Part shown: one piece after another, positions 1 through 10,884 of the stretch
How the letters are laid out: each line of letters begins with the position of its first letter
How positions within the stretch are numbered: position 1 is the stretch's first letter
Source: Octopus bimaculoides
Lineage: Eukaryota
Direction: 5' to 3'
Length of the DNA stretch: 41,636 bases
Assembly (NCBI RefSeq): GCF_001194135.2
Contig: NC_069003.1
Coordinates: forward strand, 149,622-191,257
Notes under the pieces: model-generated
Told to the model about the DNA's origin: nothing
What the model saw: only the letters and a program-made list of their open reading frames with translations
Database searches by the model: none
Translations under genes and position numbers: made by a program

Positions 1-346
1 GTGGCCGTTGCCAGTACCGCCTGACTGGCTTCCGTAGGATTTTCGAGCAAGATCGTTGCCAGTGCCCCTGGACTGGCTTGTGCGGGTGGCACATAAAAGA
101 CACCATTTCGAGCGTGGCCGTTGCCAGTATCTCCTGACTGGCCTTCGTGCAGGTGACACGTAAAGGCACCTACTACACTCTCTGAGTGGTTGGCGTTAGG
201 AAGGGCATCCAGCTGTAGAAACTCTGCCAAATTTAGATTGGAGCCTGGTGTTGCCATCCGGTTTCACCAGTCCTCAGTCAAGTCGTCCAACCCATGCTAG
301 CATGGAAAGCGGACGTTAAACGATGATGATAATGATGATGATGATG
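1..346 (+). mobile_element. SINE-like retroposon with RTE-LINE-type 3' tail (5' end outside window)
   Basis: Tail GTTAGGAAGGGCATCCAGCTGTAGAAAC...CCAACCCATGCTAGCATGGAAAGCGGACGTTAAACGATGATGAT recurs in decayed form at ~10790-10870, ~12715-12855, ~18405-18470 (-), ~23680-23790 and ~27265-27410. Confidence 0.8.
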
Positions 347-547
347 TGACATGAGTATAATTTCATCAGAGTAAAAAAGATGGACCTTTGTATGTTATAT
401 GTGGGCAGCCCACATAAATTTAATGTACAAATTTATAATTAAATTATTGAGTATTAATTAAAATGGCTGTAAGAAGTGAAGATGACCAGTTTGTTGTTAA
501 TGATAAGCAATTGTTAACTTCCTAATCTCCATTTTCTTTTCTTTTCG

Positions 548-703
548 ATAGATGACAGGCTCCTTTCCGTTTCCATCTACTAAGTCTACTCACAAGGCTT
601 TGGTTGGCCTGAAGTTATAAGGAAAGACTCTTGCCTAAGATGCAACACAGTGGGACTGAACCTAGAATTATGTGATTGGGAAACAAATTTCTTACCACAG
701 CCA
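548..703 (-). mobile_element. tRNA-headed SINE, family A in this report
   Basis: Reverse complement reads GTGGTAAGAAATTTGTTTCCCAATCACATAATTCTAGGTTCAGTCCCACTG...CCAAAGCCTTGTGAGTAGA; homologous copies at ~4655-4835, 22950-23105, 23280-23495 and 24060-24200. Confidence 0.75.

Positions 704-705
<2 letters not shown>

Positions 706-748
<43 letters not shown>
706..748. repeat. (GT)n microsatellite
   Basis: Perfect dinucleotide run seen directly. Confidence 0.95.
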
Positions 749-751
<3 letters not shown>

Positions 752-989
752 CGCGCGTGTAAGCAAGCAAGCATGCATGTTATTATTCAATTTTATTTCA
801 AGATTCCTTGCCAATAGAGAAAGAGCAGGTTTCTAACCTAAATCCAAGGCTCCTTCATTGAAATTTCAATACCAACAAGGTATGTATGTATGTATGTATG
901 TATGATGTATGTATGCGTGCAGATGTGTATGTTTTGTTTTTATGTATGTATTCTTATGCATAGAGTTGCATATCTAGTTATGTTCAAGT

Positions 990-1356
990 GGAGGTGCAAT
1001 GACCCAGTGGTTAGGGCGGCGGACTCGCGGTTTCGATTCCCAGACCGGGCGTTGTGAGTGTTTATTGAGCGAAAAACACCTAAAAGCTCCACGAGGCTCC
1101 GACAGTGGGTAGTGGCGAACCCTGCTGTACTCTTTCACCACAACTTTCTCTCACTCTATCTTCCTGTTTCTGTTGTACCTGTATTTCGAAGGGACAGCCT
1201 TGTCACACTGTGTCACGCTGAATATCCCCGAGAACTACGTTAAGGGTAGACGTGTCTGTGGAGTGCTCAGTCACTTGCACGTTAATTTCACGAGCAGGCT
1301 GTTCCGTTGACCGGATCAACTGGAACCCTCGTCGTCGTAACCGACGGAGTGCCAAC
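990..1356 (+). mobile_element. Near full-length tRNA-derived SINE
   Basis: 5' head GGAGGTGCAATGACCCAGTGGTTAGGGC (Pol III A-box-like) and GGTTTCGATTCCC (B-box-like); CpG-rich body ending GTCGTAACCGACGGAGTGCC; resembles an abundant Octopus repeat as recalled. Confidence 0.75.
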
Positions 1357-1375
1357 CACTCATGTTCATATATAC

Positions 1376-1577
1376 TTAAACGATAAACATCTGGAAAGTT
1401 TTACAGATTTTTACAGTTCCAGTGATGGTTTGGATCTGTAATCTTTGAATCAGCTTTCTCCTTTCTGGTTTTGAGAAGTCTAATTTCTCAATATTGGTAT
1501 TTAGGCAGTGTGTTACATATTCCAGTGCCTCAATATTACACGCATAAATACCTGAAATTGTAACCTGGATAGAATAA
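1376..1577 (-). CDS. Candidate terminal coding exon of an unidentified gene (YSIQVTISGIYACNIEALEYVTHCLNTNIEKLDFSKPERRKLIQRLQIQTITGTVKICKTFQMFIV*)
   Basis: 66 sense codons of non-repetitive, protein-like sequence ending TAA at 1378-1376; three candidate AG acceptors (exon starts 1577, 1564, 1551) just after an in-frame stop; no in-frame ATG near the start; family not recognised. Confidence 0.5.
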
Positions 1578-1948
1578 CTGCAGATTTTTCAATGTATGTA
1601 GATATGAATGCGTGCGTGCGTGCTTTTGTTATGTTATTTACAACAAAAAAAAAAACCGTGACCGAGATTTCGAAGTTTTTTTATCCATATCTTGTAAAGA
1701 TTAATACAGGGAGAGTAAATTTATATGTATTTAAATCTATACATAAACACTACACATTAGCATTGTTAAAAAAAGCCGAGGACAATGAAGAAAGAAGGCG
1801 TCGCTCATTAAGGAGTAAATGTCAAAAATAGAAAATGACAAACGGAAGTTGAAATGTTAGTTATCTTCCTTTAATAAAGACAAACTCGAAAAAGCTTATT
1901 CGCAGCCAACTGATATTTACACGGTTTGTCTACACGTAGTACACACAG

Positions 1949-1985
<37 letters not shown>

Positions 1986-2065
1986 GCCTAGTTCTTTCTG
2001 TTAGTAAAACACGCAGACTGGACACCTGGTGTTCGGTTCAATAACACCACCACCACTACTATATA

Positions 2066-2089
2066 NNNNNNNNNNNNNNNNNNNNNNNN
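2066..2089. other. Assembly gap (others at 9524-9533, 16126-16135, 21863-21873, 39510-39638)
   Basis: N runs, mostly inside or beside microsatellites. Confidence 1.
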
Positions 2090-2128
<39 letters not shown>

Positions 2129-2230
2129 TACACATATACACACATACACACACATACATACATAGGCGATATATTGCTATTTTCTCTTCAGTAAACACCC
2201 ACTGCTGCTCATTATTTGTAAACAGTTAAC

Positions 2231-2263
2231 ATGTTTGGGAATCCGACCGTTGTTTCTGCATAA
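2231..2263 (+). promoter_or_regulatory. Upstream ORF (MFGNPTVVSA*) whose TAA overlaps the TMEM18 ATG (TAATG)
   Basis: ATG 2231, TAA 2261-2263, main ATG 2263-2265; assumes the TSS lies 5' of 2231. Confidence 0.55.
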
Positions 2264-2316
2264 TGAACCCTGTCGAAGTGGACGAGATAACCGGACTCGG
2301 GTCCTACCTAAAGTCG
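2263..2316 (+). CDS. TMEM18: Transmembrane protein 18, coding exon 1 (MNPVEVDEITGLGSYLKS)
   Basis: ATG in a CpG-rich region, donor TCG|GTAAGA, phase 0 joins in frame to VDWSERW; resembles the invertebrate TMEM18 N-terminus. Confidence 0.85.
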
Positions 2317-3989
2317 GTAAGATATATATAATTCCCATTATTACTTTTATTTTGAACAACAAAATCGCTTTGGTTAATTTGTGGAAGTTCATCAATCCGC
2401 TTGTTTTTGAGAAACTTCCGAAACTAGTGGCGTATTTGGGGGACGAACCCTGCAACACATTTACCTCTCAGCAAACGAACGAAGCCTTTTATTTAGTTGA
2501 TCGTCCTCCTGGAAATAGCAAATAGCATTTTCTATCTTGTATTTAAATAAAGAATTAAGGACACATCAGATAATGTTGACCTGGATAGACCATAATAAAA
2601 GTCGGTGGGATCACGTCGTGTTTTTCTTATCATCGTGGGTCACTTAACGAGAACTGACCAGCAACATAATACGAACAAATTGGTTTCTTTATTATTCTAA
2701 TTAGTAACGAAAGTATAACAACTTTGCTGAATTTCTTGATCTATAAATATCTCTAATTCCGTGTATTTAAAACATAGTTGTATCTCTCTCTCCCCTTGTG
2801 TTCATGGAATAGAACACGATTAATTAAATACTGTTAATTGTTGTAGAAGGAACTTTCTGTGTCGTGGCTTGTAGGATTTTGTTCAGACCCCAGGAAGCTT
2901 TGATTGAGCAAATAAAAAGTGACAGAGATTGTCATGGGTGGAATGTCATTCTCTAAGCCAGACTTTCCAACTCTGTATTTCTGCACGCTTTTTCTTTTTT
3001 TTTTCCGATCTAAATGTACCCCCGACTACATTCTGCAATGCGTCTTCTTTTTTTTTTCTTGGCTGTTATTTGAAGTAGATTTTACAGTTTTCATGTCGAT
3101 ATCTCATGATGAGGTACTCGCATTACCTGAGGTACTCTTCAGTTAACTGTTGTACCTTGCCTTTATCCTTTCTATATGTATTTACTTTACTTTTGTCAGC
3201 TGTACTTCGTTTTTAATTGTTTTTACACATCTAATTATTCCCTATTGTACTTGGTGCCTAAGATGTCCGTAGTACTTCGTCTGTATGATGTATATTGTAC
3301 ATCGTTTGTGTTGTGATGTTATTTTACTTAATAAGTCTGTGTGTAACATCTATTGTACTTCGTTTACATTAAGTACAAGGTACACAATGCACTTACTTTC
3401 TCCAATTTCTTTTCTTAAGATTAATTACATGGGTAGTCTTCGAGAATAGAGTTCTAAATTTAATCATCAATTTGCTTTCTCAACAGTTAGAGCAGCTTCC
3501 ATGGTCAAGGACTTTTTTTTATTTATTATTTATGATGTATGTATGTATGCATGCAAGATTACATTGGGAAACTTGTCTTACTTTTTTGAAGCCGGTAAGA
3601 TTTGACTTTGGCTGCGATTTCTAGCAGGACGAGCAACCGCATAAAAGCTCTATCGTTGGCAGCTGTACATTATCCTTGCTGTTTTAAGGTTGCTAAACGG
3701 AATGAACGGGTTTAGAGTAACAATGAGAATAGATTTCGTTCTTGTCATACACACGTATACACATTCTCATGTTGTAAACCGTTTAAATTCATTTTATGAC
3801 CTTGTACACTCCGAGTTTCTCTATATTCTAAACTTTACTGGTATTGGCTCAACATTAAAGGGGATTAGAATAATTAAGTGGTGGTAAAGATGTTTCTTTA
3901 TCGTACATAGCTTTCCCTTTCTCAATGACATTAATGCTGTTCAGCGCAATAGACAGGTTCACAAGTGAATGTTTATAACAACAGTAATT

Positions 3990-4205
3990 ATCTTAATGGT
4001 TTCTAGTTTGGGCACAAAGCCAGCATTTTTGAAGGGAAGGGGATGAGTCTTTTCGATCAACGCTAGTACTCGACTGGTATTGACTCTGGAGGGATGAAGG
4101 GCCGAGTTTAGCATGGCAGGATTTGAACTCAGAAATTAAATAACTGAAAGTAATATCGCAAGGCATTTTTTACGATGTTCACCAATTCTGCTAATCCTTT
4201 GCCTT
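3990..4205 (-). mobile_element. SINE family B copy
   Basis: Reverse complement contains CTGAGTTCAAATCCTGCC...CCCTTCATCCCTCC...CCAGTCGAGTAC; homologous to + copies at 9060-9290 and 30715-30935. Confidence 0.7.
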
Positions 4206-4339
4206 CAGATAATGATCTATTTGTCTCAGTGACATGGTTGAAAAGGTTGTTACAAAAAAACAGGTTATGTTCTTTGTAAGTAGTTTACTTAAAATAGGAC
4301 GAGGAGAAAAAAAATGGAATGAAGTACGTTGTTACAATC

Positions 4340-4625
4340 TTCTGATATGGGACCATCTATAACTAAGCCCTATCAGGGAAATGATGGAGTTGGGATCTTG
4401 ACCCTCAAGGGCAAATGCTCTGCCCCAGCTGTTGTCTCCAGTTTCCAGGTGCAGGCTTAGAATCGTTCCTGTACTCTCCATTTTTACCACTGTCCTCCAC
4501 CTTTTGATGAATTCACTGCAGAAGCACTTCCCTCTTCACCCAAACCCTTCATTCCAAATGGAACTTTAAACAATCTTTGACCGAATAGGAAAGGGTCTTT
4601 CCTTAGTCCTTTCAACATAAGATAG
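4340..4625 (-). mobile_element. L1/Tx1-type LINE ORF2 C-terminal remnant and 3' flank
   Basis: Decayed translation FHLE*RVWVKREVL / FIKRWRTVVKMESTGTILSLHL resembles the Tx1-like ORF2 C-terminus; stops and frameshifts present. Confidence 0.5.
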
Positions 4626-4654
4626 TTACCTACCATGCTCTAAGGAAGAAAGGT

Positions 4655-4835
4655 GGCAAAATACATACACACTGTGGGCTTCCACACAGTTTCCTTCAAC
4701 TAAATTCACTCACAAAACATTATTTGGCTCAGAGTTGGAGGTGAAGGCACTTGCTCAAGGTATCACACAATGGGATTGAATCCAGAACCATGTGGCTGGG
4801 GAGCAAGCTTCTTAACCATAGCCATGTCTGCCTGC
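4655..4835 (-). mobile_element. SINE family A copy
   Basis: Homologous to 548-703 and 23280-23495 (CTCACAAAAC...AAGGCACTTGCTCAAGG...AACCATGTGGCTGGGGAGCAAGCTTCTTAACCA). Confidence 0.75.
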
Positions 4836-6928
4836 ATGTGTGTGTGTTGTCTCCTATCGTGAGATAGTTGTAAAAGAGTGTCATTATTATGGACATGGTG
4901 TCTTTTGCTTCCAGTCTTCTTTGAAAATATGTCTAGGACAGTCAAGTGGGATCTGAATGAAGTTTGGCTTTGTTGGCATATGTTCACTATTGTTTTGAGA
5001 AATTTTCCAGCAGAGAAATTATTCACTTTGCTTCCTCCAGTCTCTGACTTAGTTGTGTCTGAACACATGCAGAAGTAAAGAGAAATAGTTTGTTGGGTTT
5101 TTGTCCCTGATTTTCTCTTGTTGAATAGACCTATGATTAAAGATATTCCATCCATCGTTATTCAAAACATAACTAAATACTGGAGGCATTTTGTTTGATA
5201 GTCTAACAACTCAGAGGTAATTTTTTAAGATGTGTACTTGAATTGATATCATTAACTAAAACCCTTGAAGTTGGTGTCCCACCTGGCTGCAGTTCAGTGT
5301 CTGGAACCTGTAAAACAATAAAAAAAAGTATATTGAACAATGTAGTCCCTAATATATACTAGGGGCAATGTGTTTTCACTGGAACTTGGTTGCTATTCCT
5401 TGCAGGTCAAGCAATTGCATAGAAAGAGCTCTTTCCTTAATTTGGTGTTCAGGTGTGGAGTAGTGGCCGAGGTGGGAGAATCAAAAGATTTCTTCACATA
5501 CAAACATTTAATAAATGTATTTAATCAATACAATAATTTCAAAGCAATTGCGAGAATATATCTTTGTTGTTCAACTCCCTCCACCTCAAGACTGTGATTA
5601 GATCTGCTCCAGCTGTGACCATCCCGTTTTCTTGCCAGGCAAAGCTGAGAGATATTAATCGGCTTCAGACTGTTTCAGAAATAAAACAGTGTCTTACCAA
5701 ATTTTTCTGCATTTATTGACTTCTGAATCTGTCGAACACCATGCCATATTTTTAGTAACATTAGACAAATTCTGATTTATTGATGTTGTTTAACCCTAGG
5801 TCAATTCCTAATCAAGCAGACTTGTAGTCAAAAAACCTTTCAGTTGTGACCTTGTTATTGGGTTATCTGCAGTGTAATTGTAATTGATTCAACATTTTTA
5901 CAAAACAACAGTTTTGTAAAAGTGGGAGTGGCTAATATACACTCATAATGTATGTTAGCCACCCCCACTTTTACATGTTGCATGATTAAATGTTGAGTTG
6001 TGTGTGCATTGGTTAGATTTTCAATTGTGTGTACAAGACATTTTATCCAATGCTCTTAGTAACTCTGCCAGTTTTCTATATTTTGGGATGTATTATAAGA
6101 ATATAATTTAACACTTAGATAAAAAAAAAAAAACCCAAAAAACATCCAGTGCCAAGTGGATGGTGCCCTATCAGTTCCTTGCAGATAACTTCCCTATTAG
6201 TGGAATTAGACTCTTATGATTAGCAAGTCAATTTTATGACAAAGGTGAATTCTATTATTCTTTGGGATCTCTTTGTAACTAAATGAGTTGATGAAGCTGT
6301 TACTTCAAAAAGGTTCAGTGATAATGTAGAGAGATTCATGTTTGTTCATCAAATCTAGTTGATGTTCTTTAACCCTAGGCTAATTGAGCAAAGGCTTTCA
6401 ACCTATGACCTCTTGTGTCTTTAAGGTATCTAGGACTACATCATCTAATGTGTCCTACTCTTAAGATAGTAGACCCTGATTTGATGGAGATTTGGTTGTT
6501 TTTCCCAGTTTTTTTTTTTTTCTAGTGATCATGTAGAAGCTCTGATTAGATATATTGCACACATCCCGGCTGGTCAAGTATGCTTGGCTTGACCAATAGT
6601 TCAAACATAACCAATGGAACACACACACACACACACACATTGTTCTTTTGAAGTTTCTTACTGTGGTCATCTCATCATTTATTATGAATTGAAGAGTGTG
6701 CTTTAAACACACAGTTCTTCACGTGTTAAGAGATGTGACAGAGCCATTTGGAACATGTGAAACGATTGTATTGATGTTAATTCACTGACTTAATGTGAGA
6801 TGTTATTAGTTATAAATAGTTTTTGCAGATAAATTTAAAGATTAACCAAATAAAGAATCCCCACCACCAAAAAAGGAATTATAATATTGAACATTTACTA
6901 AGCTAAATTATATTTGTCTTGTTTTCAG

Positions 6929-7046
6929 GTGGATTGGAGTGAAAGATGGTTCCTTGGACTTGGTACCTTCCATGTTATTTGTGCTCTCCTTACTATATTT
7001 ACCAAATCACATGGAACTTCTCAAACTCTGCATTTTGCTGTCATGT
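6929..7046 (+). CDS. TMEM18: Transmembrane protein 18, exon 2 (VDWSERWFLGLGTFHVICALLTIFTKSHGTSQTLHFAVM)
   Basis: Acceptor GTTTTCAG|, donor T|GTAAGT; matches the TMEM18 DW.E.W..GL..FH motif; 118 nt, phase 0/1. Confidence 0.95.
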
Positions 7047-7919
7047 GTAAGTATTTCTTTCTCTTATTTCATCATTTTGTCTCATCATGAGTTTTGTATT
7101 AAACCTTCTCTGAATTTGCCATTTGCCCTGATTTCATTATTTACCTCGAATTCTTCTCTCACCTAATGCACTGTCACCTATACTTCTCCAAGAGGCCAGA
7201 AAGCTATAATGAAATCTGCTACACAATCTTCCCTCTTCTCTGACATCATCAACTTTTTCCCAACTTAGATTCCAATCTTTTTTTCTTCTTAATACTAAGC
7301 CCCACATCATATTCTTCTCCAAGACAATTTTCTCAACTCTCTCATTTCTCTTGTCTAGGTTATATCATTTATCCAAACTTCCAAAGATCGTGTCTGTATG
7401 TTACTACAACCAACTGTCCCTGTTACTCACTTCTTTCACTTCAATTTTAGCAGCAATTAATTCCATTTCCTCTGGCCCAAATCCTCCTTATTTCACTCCT
7501 TTTTGTCATAAACAGACTCAGTCCTTCAAAATAGAAAACATGTGAACTCCTACTTGACCACATAATATACTAGAAATGGCAGCCAAGTTTCTTTTAAATC
7601 ACACTCTACCAAAGGTTGCATTGACCAATGTTGTCTGATATATAAAAGATGGAATGCTTTTGCTTGTCAGTCTGTGGGATCAAATGCAGAACTTCATGGC
7701 TGCCAAGTGAATTTCTCACCCATTCGGCTAGTCCTTCACTTTTGTTTTTCTTTAGATTAGAGTGGTTTTTATTAAATTTCTAAATGTCGTCTCTTGGACC
7801 CTGTGTAATGTAAAAACATTAATAAAACAGAACCGAATATAGCTGCAGAAATGTCTTTTAAATAGTTAATAAGATGTTATTGTGTTATAATGATTATTTT
7901 TCTTTCTTTTTTTTTTCAG

Positions 7920-7974
7920 TGTTACTGGTCTATTCAGCAAAATACATAAACGAGTGGGCTGCTAAAAACTACAG
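7920..7974 (+). CDS. TMEM18: Transmembrane protein 18, exon 3 (LLLVYSAKYINEWAAKNY-R)
   Basis: Long polypyrimidine tract ending CAG, donor AG|GTATTT; LVY.A.YINE.AA motif; 55 nt, phase 1/2. Confidence 0.95.
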
Positions 7975-8853
7975 GTATTTACATGCATACATCCATACGT
8001 GCATATGTCCATACATTTATACATCTCATTAAGTGAATGCTAGTGTACATGATGTAGGCCAAAAACTTGAAAGCAATCATTTTCTGGTTAAAAAAGTGGG
8101 GAAATAACCCCAAAATTTTAATTAATTAAAATTAAATATAAAATGCAATGGTGAGGGAGTCTGATCTTTTGTTGTATGGTGACAACTAAAGACATGTTTC
8201 AGTTTTATAGGACCTCATTAGTAAAACTTCAGACCATAGATTGTTTAGAAAAGAGTTTAGGATTTTTGTGAATGAAGTCAATGGTGTCCAAATTCCTAGG
8301 GATTCCTGCTGCATGACAACATAAATAGCAAAGTAGGTGCTAATTTGGGATAAGAAATTTTGACTGTTTTTTGTTTGTTGACTATTGTTGTGTTGTAGAC
8401 CATGTGAATGCAAAGCAAGCGTCTTAACCACTCAGTCATTCTTGCTCCCCCCCCCCACACATTATTACCATTGGTATCTCCCTGTATTGAAAATTTGATG
8501 ACATTAGATTTATCTGTGTTCTAAGATGGTTGTTTTAGCCTGTTTTTAACCTAAACGAATGCTGACACTAAGAACAGGAGAAGTGGAGCATGGCTGGTTT
8601 AGAAGTCCTTGTTGCTGGCCTCCTTTGACGTCTCCTTCGGTCAGACTATTCTTTCCTGTTGCTTTCAAAGAAGTTGCACCGAACGTCATGCATGCACGCA
8701 TGCGTGTGCACACATGTTGCTAATAAATTAATGACTGTTAGTAGTGCATTAATAGAAACTAACTGTGAATCAGATCTTACTTGTGGTGGTTGTAATCATC
8801 CTGATTTAATCTACCACTAATTGGTTGGTAGGTGTAGTAATCTAATTGGTTGT

Positions 8854-8888
<35 letters not shown>

Positions 8889-9059
8889 ACATTACAGTTA
8901 AATAATGTTCGATGAGATGTTGCTGTATAAACCTGTGACCCATATTGATGACTGATCTGATAAAATAGTAAAACAAAGTAAAACAAATTCAATGCAGTGG
9001 AAGCTGGTTATTATAATCACAGAAATTTTACACCAACCAATTATTGTTATTAAAATTAT

Positions 9060-9290
9060 TGGTTCCAAAACTATTTGTTTGCTTATTATCAGCTGGTTAT
9101 TGTTATCAGTTATTTATTATGCACAGCTGACCACGGTGGAATTCGAACTCATTTACATTCTAAGTTCAAATTCTTCTGAGGTCGACTGTGTCCTTTCAGG
9201 GTCAATAGAATAAGTACCAGTTGTGTACTGGTGTCAATGTCATCAACCGACCCTCTTCCCCCAAATTTCAGACCTTCTGCCTATAACAGA
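9060..9290 (+). mobile_element. SINE family B copy
   Basis: CTAAGTTCAAATTCTTCTGAGGTCGACTGTGTCCTTTCAGGGTCAATAGAATAAGTACCAGTTG...CCCCAAATTTCAGACC; multiple homologues in the window. Confidence 0.7.
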
Positions 9291-9884
9291 AAGAATTAAT
9301 ATTATGACGGTGATGATGATTGATCATCATCATCAGCATCACCATCAAAATGGTTTCGTCCCAGAAAGATGGCAATAACCAGCTTCAACTGTATAAGGTA
9401 TTTTGAATGAGTTGAATGTCGGGAAAAACTTTCTCCAGTAAATGTTGGCGAAGAGATTTTTTTTTCAGTTCAAAATGACTGAAAGGTAGTCGAAGGGAGG
9501 TAAGTGCGACAAAGTGGTTTCTANNNNNNNNNNCCCCCGTCCCCCTGCTTCTTACACAGACACCTAAAACAACTGGCAAAGGCTTGGCACATATCACCAA
9601 GTCTTACTTATTTGCAAATGACAGTTGCAATCTATCGTTTTAGATATTTTCATTTTCCTTTCTCAACACGTCTTTCTCAGAATTTTCTGAAGAACAGCTT
9701 AATCCTGAAATCTCAAAAACTCTTCCACTTTTTAATCTTTCATTGAAACTTAAACCAAGAATTACATTTATTTTCTCTTTGTTTTCAGTGTTGTTAAATT
9801 CATTGTTCGTTCTGAACACACACACAAACTGTTATTGTATTCTACTCTATATTATTTAATATTTATTTATATGTTATTTTCCAG

Positions 9885-9978
9885 ATTATTTGCTGAGCAA
9901 CAGTACTTTGACAGCAATGGTCTATTTATCTCGCTTGTGTTCTCAGTACCAATACTTTTGAATTGTTTGGTTATAGTT
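9885..9978 (+). CDS. TMEM18: Transmembrane protein 18, exon 4 ([32 protein letters not shown])
   Basis: Acceptor TTTTCCAG|, donor GTT|GTATGT; hallmark QYFDS.G.FIS.VFS.P motif; 94 nt, phase 2/0. Confidence 0.96.
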
Positions 9979-10139
9979 GTATGTATTATTGCTTTTTGCT
10001 ACCTTAATATTCCATAATACCACCGTCATTTAACGAGCTGTTATCATTTCTTCTATCTTAATATTCCAGTAATTATTTCCGAGCAAAATGTTCTCTTGAT
10101 ACGTGATTCAGTGCTTTAACATCAACTTTACTTGTGATG

Positions 10140-10620
10140 TCTCACATATCTTGAAAACCAAGTTCCCTCAATCTGTGATGGTCTTTGGGTGTGTCTCCAG
10201 TGAGAGTGATGTCATGCAAACCCAACTCCTTTGAAGAGCACTCTAGGCTCAATTCAGACAGCTATGTGAGACTGTGGTCAAATCCAGGCTCGATAGGGTT
10301 GTTGCTGGAAGGTTATATATGTGTGGCAGCAGGATTTGGTTCCTTGCCATATCTCTGGACAGAGTCAGAAATGGTTGTTGAAGAATTTCTGTGACTTCAG
10401 CAACCAATTTCTGGTCTTGTAACCCCATGGATTACTATGTGTGGGTTGCAAATGAGAAAGACAACAATTGCCCCACCTGAAACACCAAGGCTGAACTGGT
10501 GACCAAGATTAAAGAGGTGCACTAAGATATTCTCAGGGTCACAGTGAGGAATGCATGTGCCAGATCCCAGAGCTGTCTTGAGGCCCTGGGGGAAACTGAG
10601 GGCAGCTATTTTTTAGTAAC
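10140..10620 (+). mobile_element. Decayed Tc1/mariner (probably maT/DD37D-like) transposase C-terminal fragment
   Basis: Translates with frameshifts to KTKFPQSVMVFGCVSSE..., WQQDLVPCHISGQSQKWL, CNPMDYYVW, NTKAELVTKIKEV: mariner-type QQD.AP.H and PD.NP.DY.W motifs. Confidence 0.8.
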
Positions 10621-10884
10621 ATAATGTGTGTGTGTGTGTGTGTAAGAGAGAGCTTTAACTGTCTCTTTACCTTCACATTGCATGGGAGTTGAAAACAAGT
10701 GTCACCATTATACAAGCATTGTTATTTGTTTTCAGTTTTCTGTAAAAACACATATGGTTATGAGGAAATATTACCTTAATTGGAAAGAGGTAAAGGTTGG
10801 TGACAGGAAAGGCATCTGGCTGTAGAAAATCTGCCTGACTGATGGGAGTATGGAGAAGTGGATGTGAAAATGAGAAATATATAT

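Noticed and set aside
990-1060. tRNA gene
   Set aside because: Has A/B-box-like motifs but no complete cloverleaf and continues into a SINE body; the same holds for the other tRNA-like heads
2465-2508. Apparent 44-nt - strand exon (EDDQLNKRLRSFAE) with good splice signals
   Set aside because: It aligns to the SINE segment GCTATTTCTAGCAGGACGAGCAACCGCATAAAAGCTC (cf. 3611-3660), so the signals are repeat-derived
3105-3135. C/D snoRNA boxes (ATGATGA...CTGA) or let-7-like TGAGGTA
   Set aside because: Box spacing is far too short and there is no terminal stem; the match to let-7 stops after 7 nt with no hairpin
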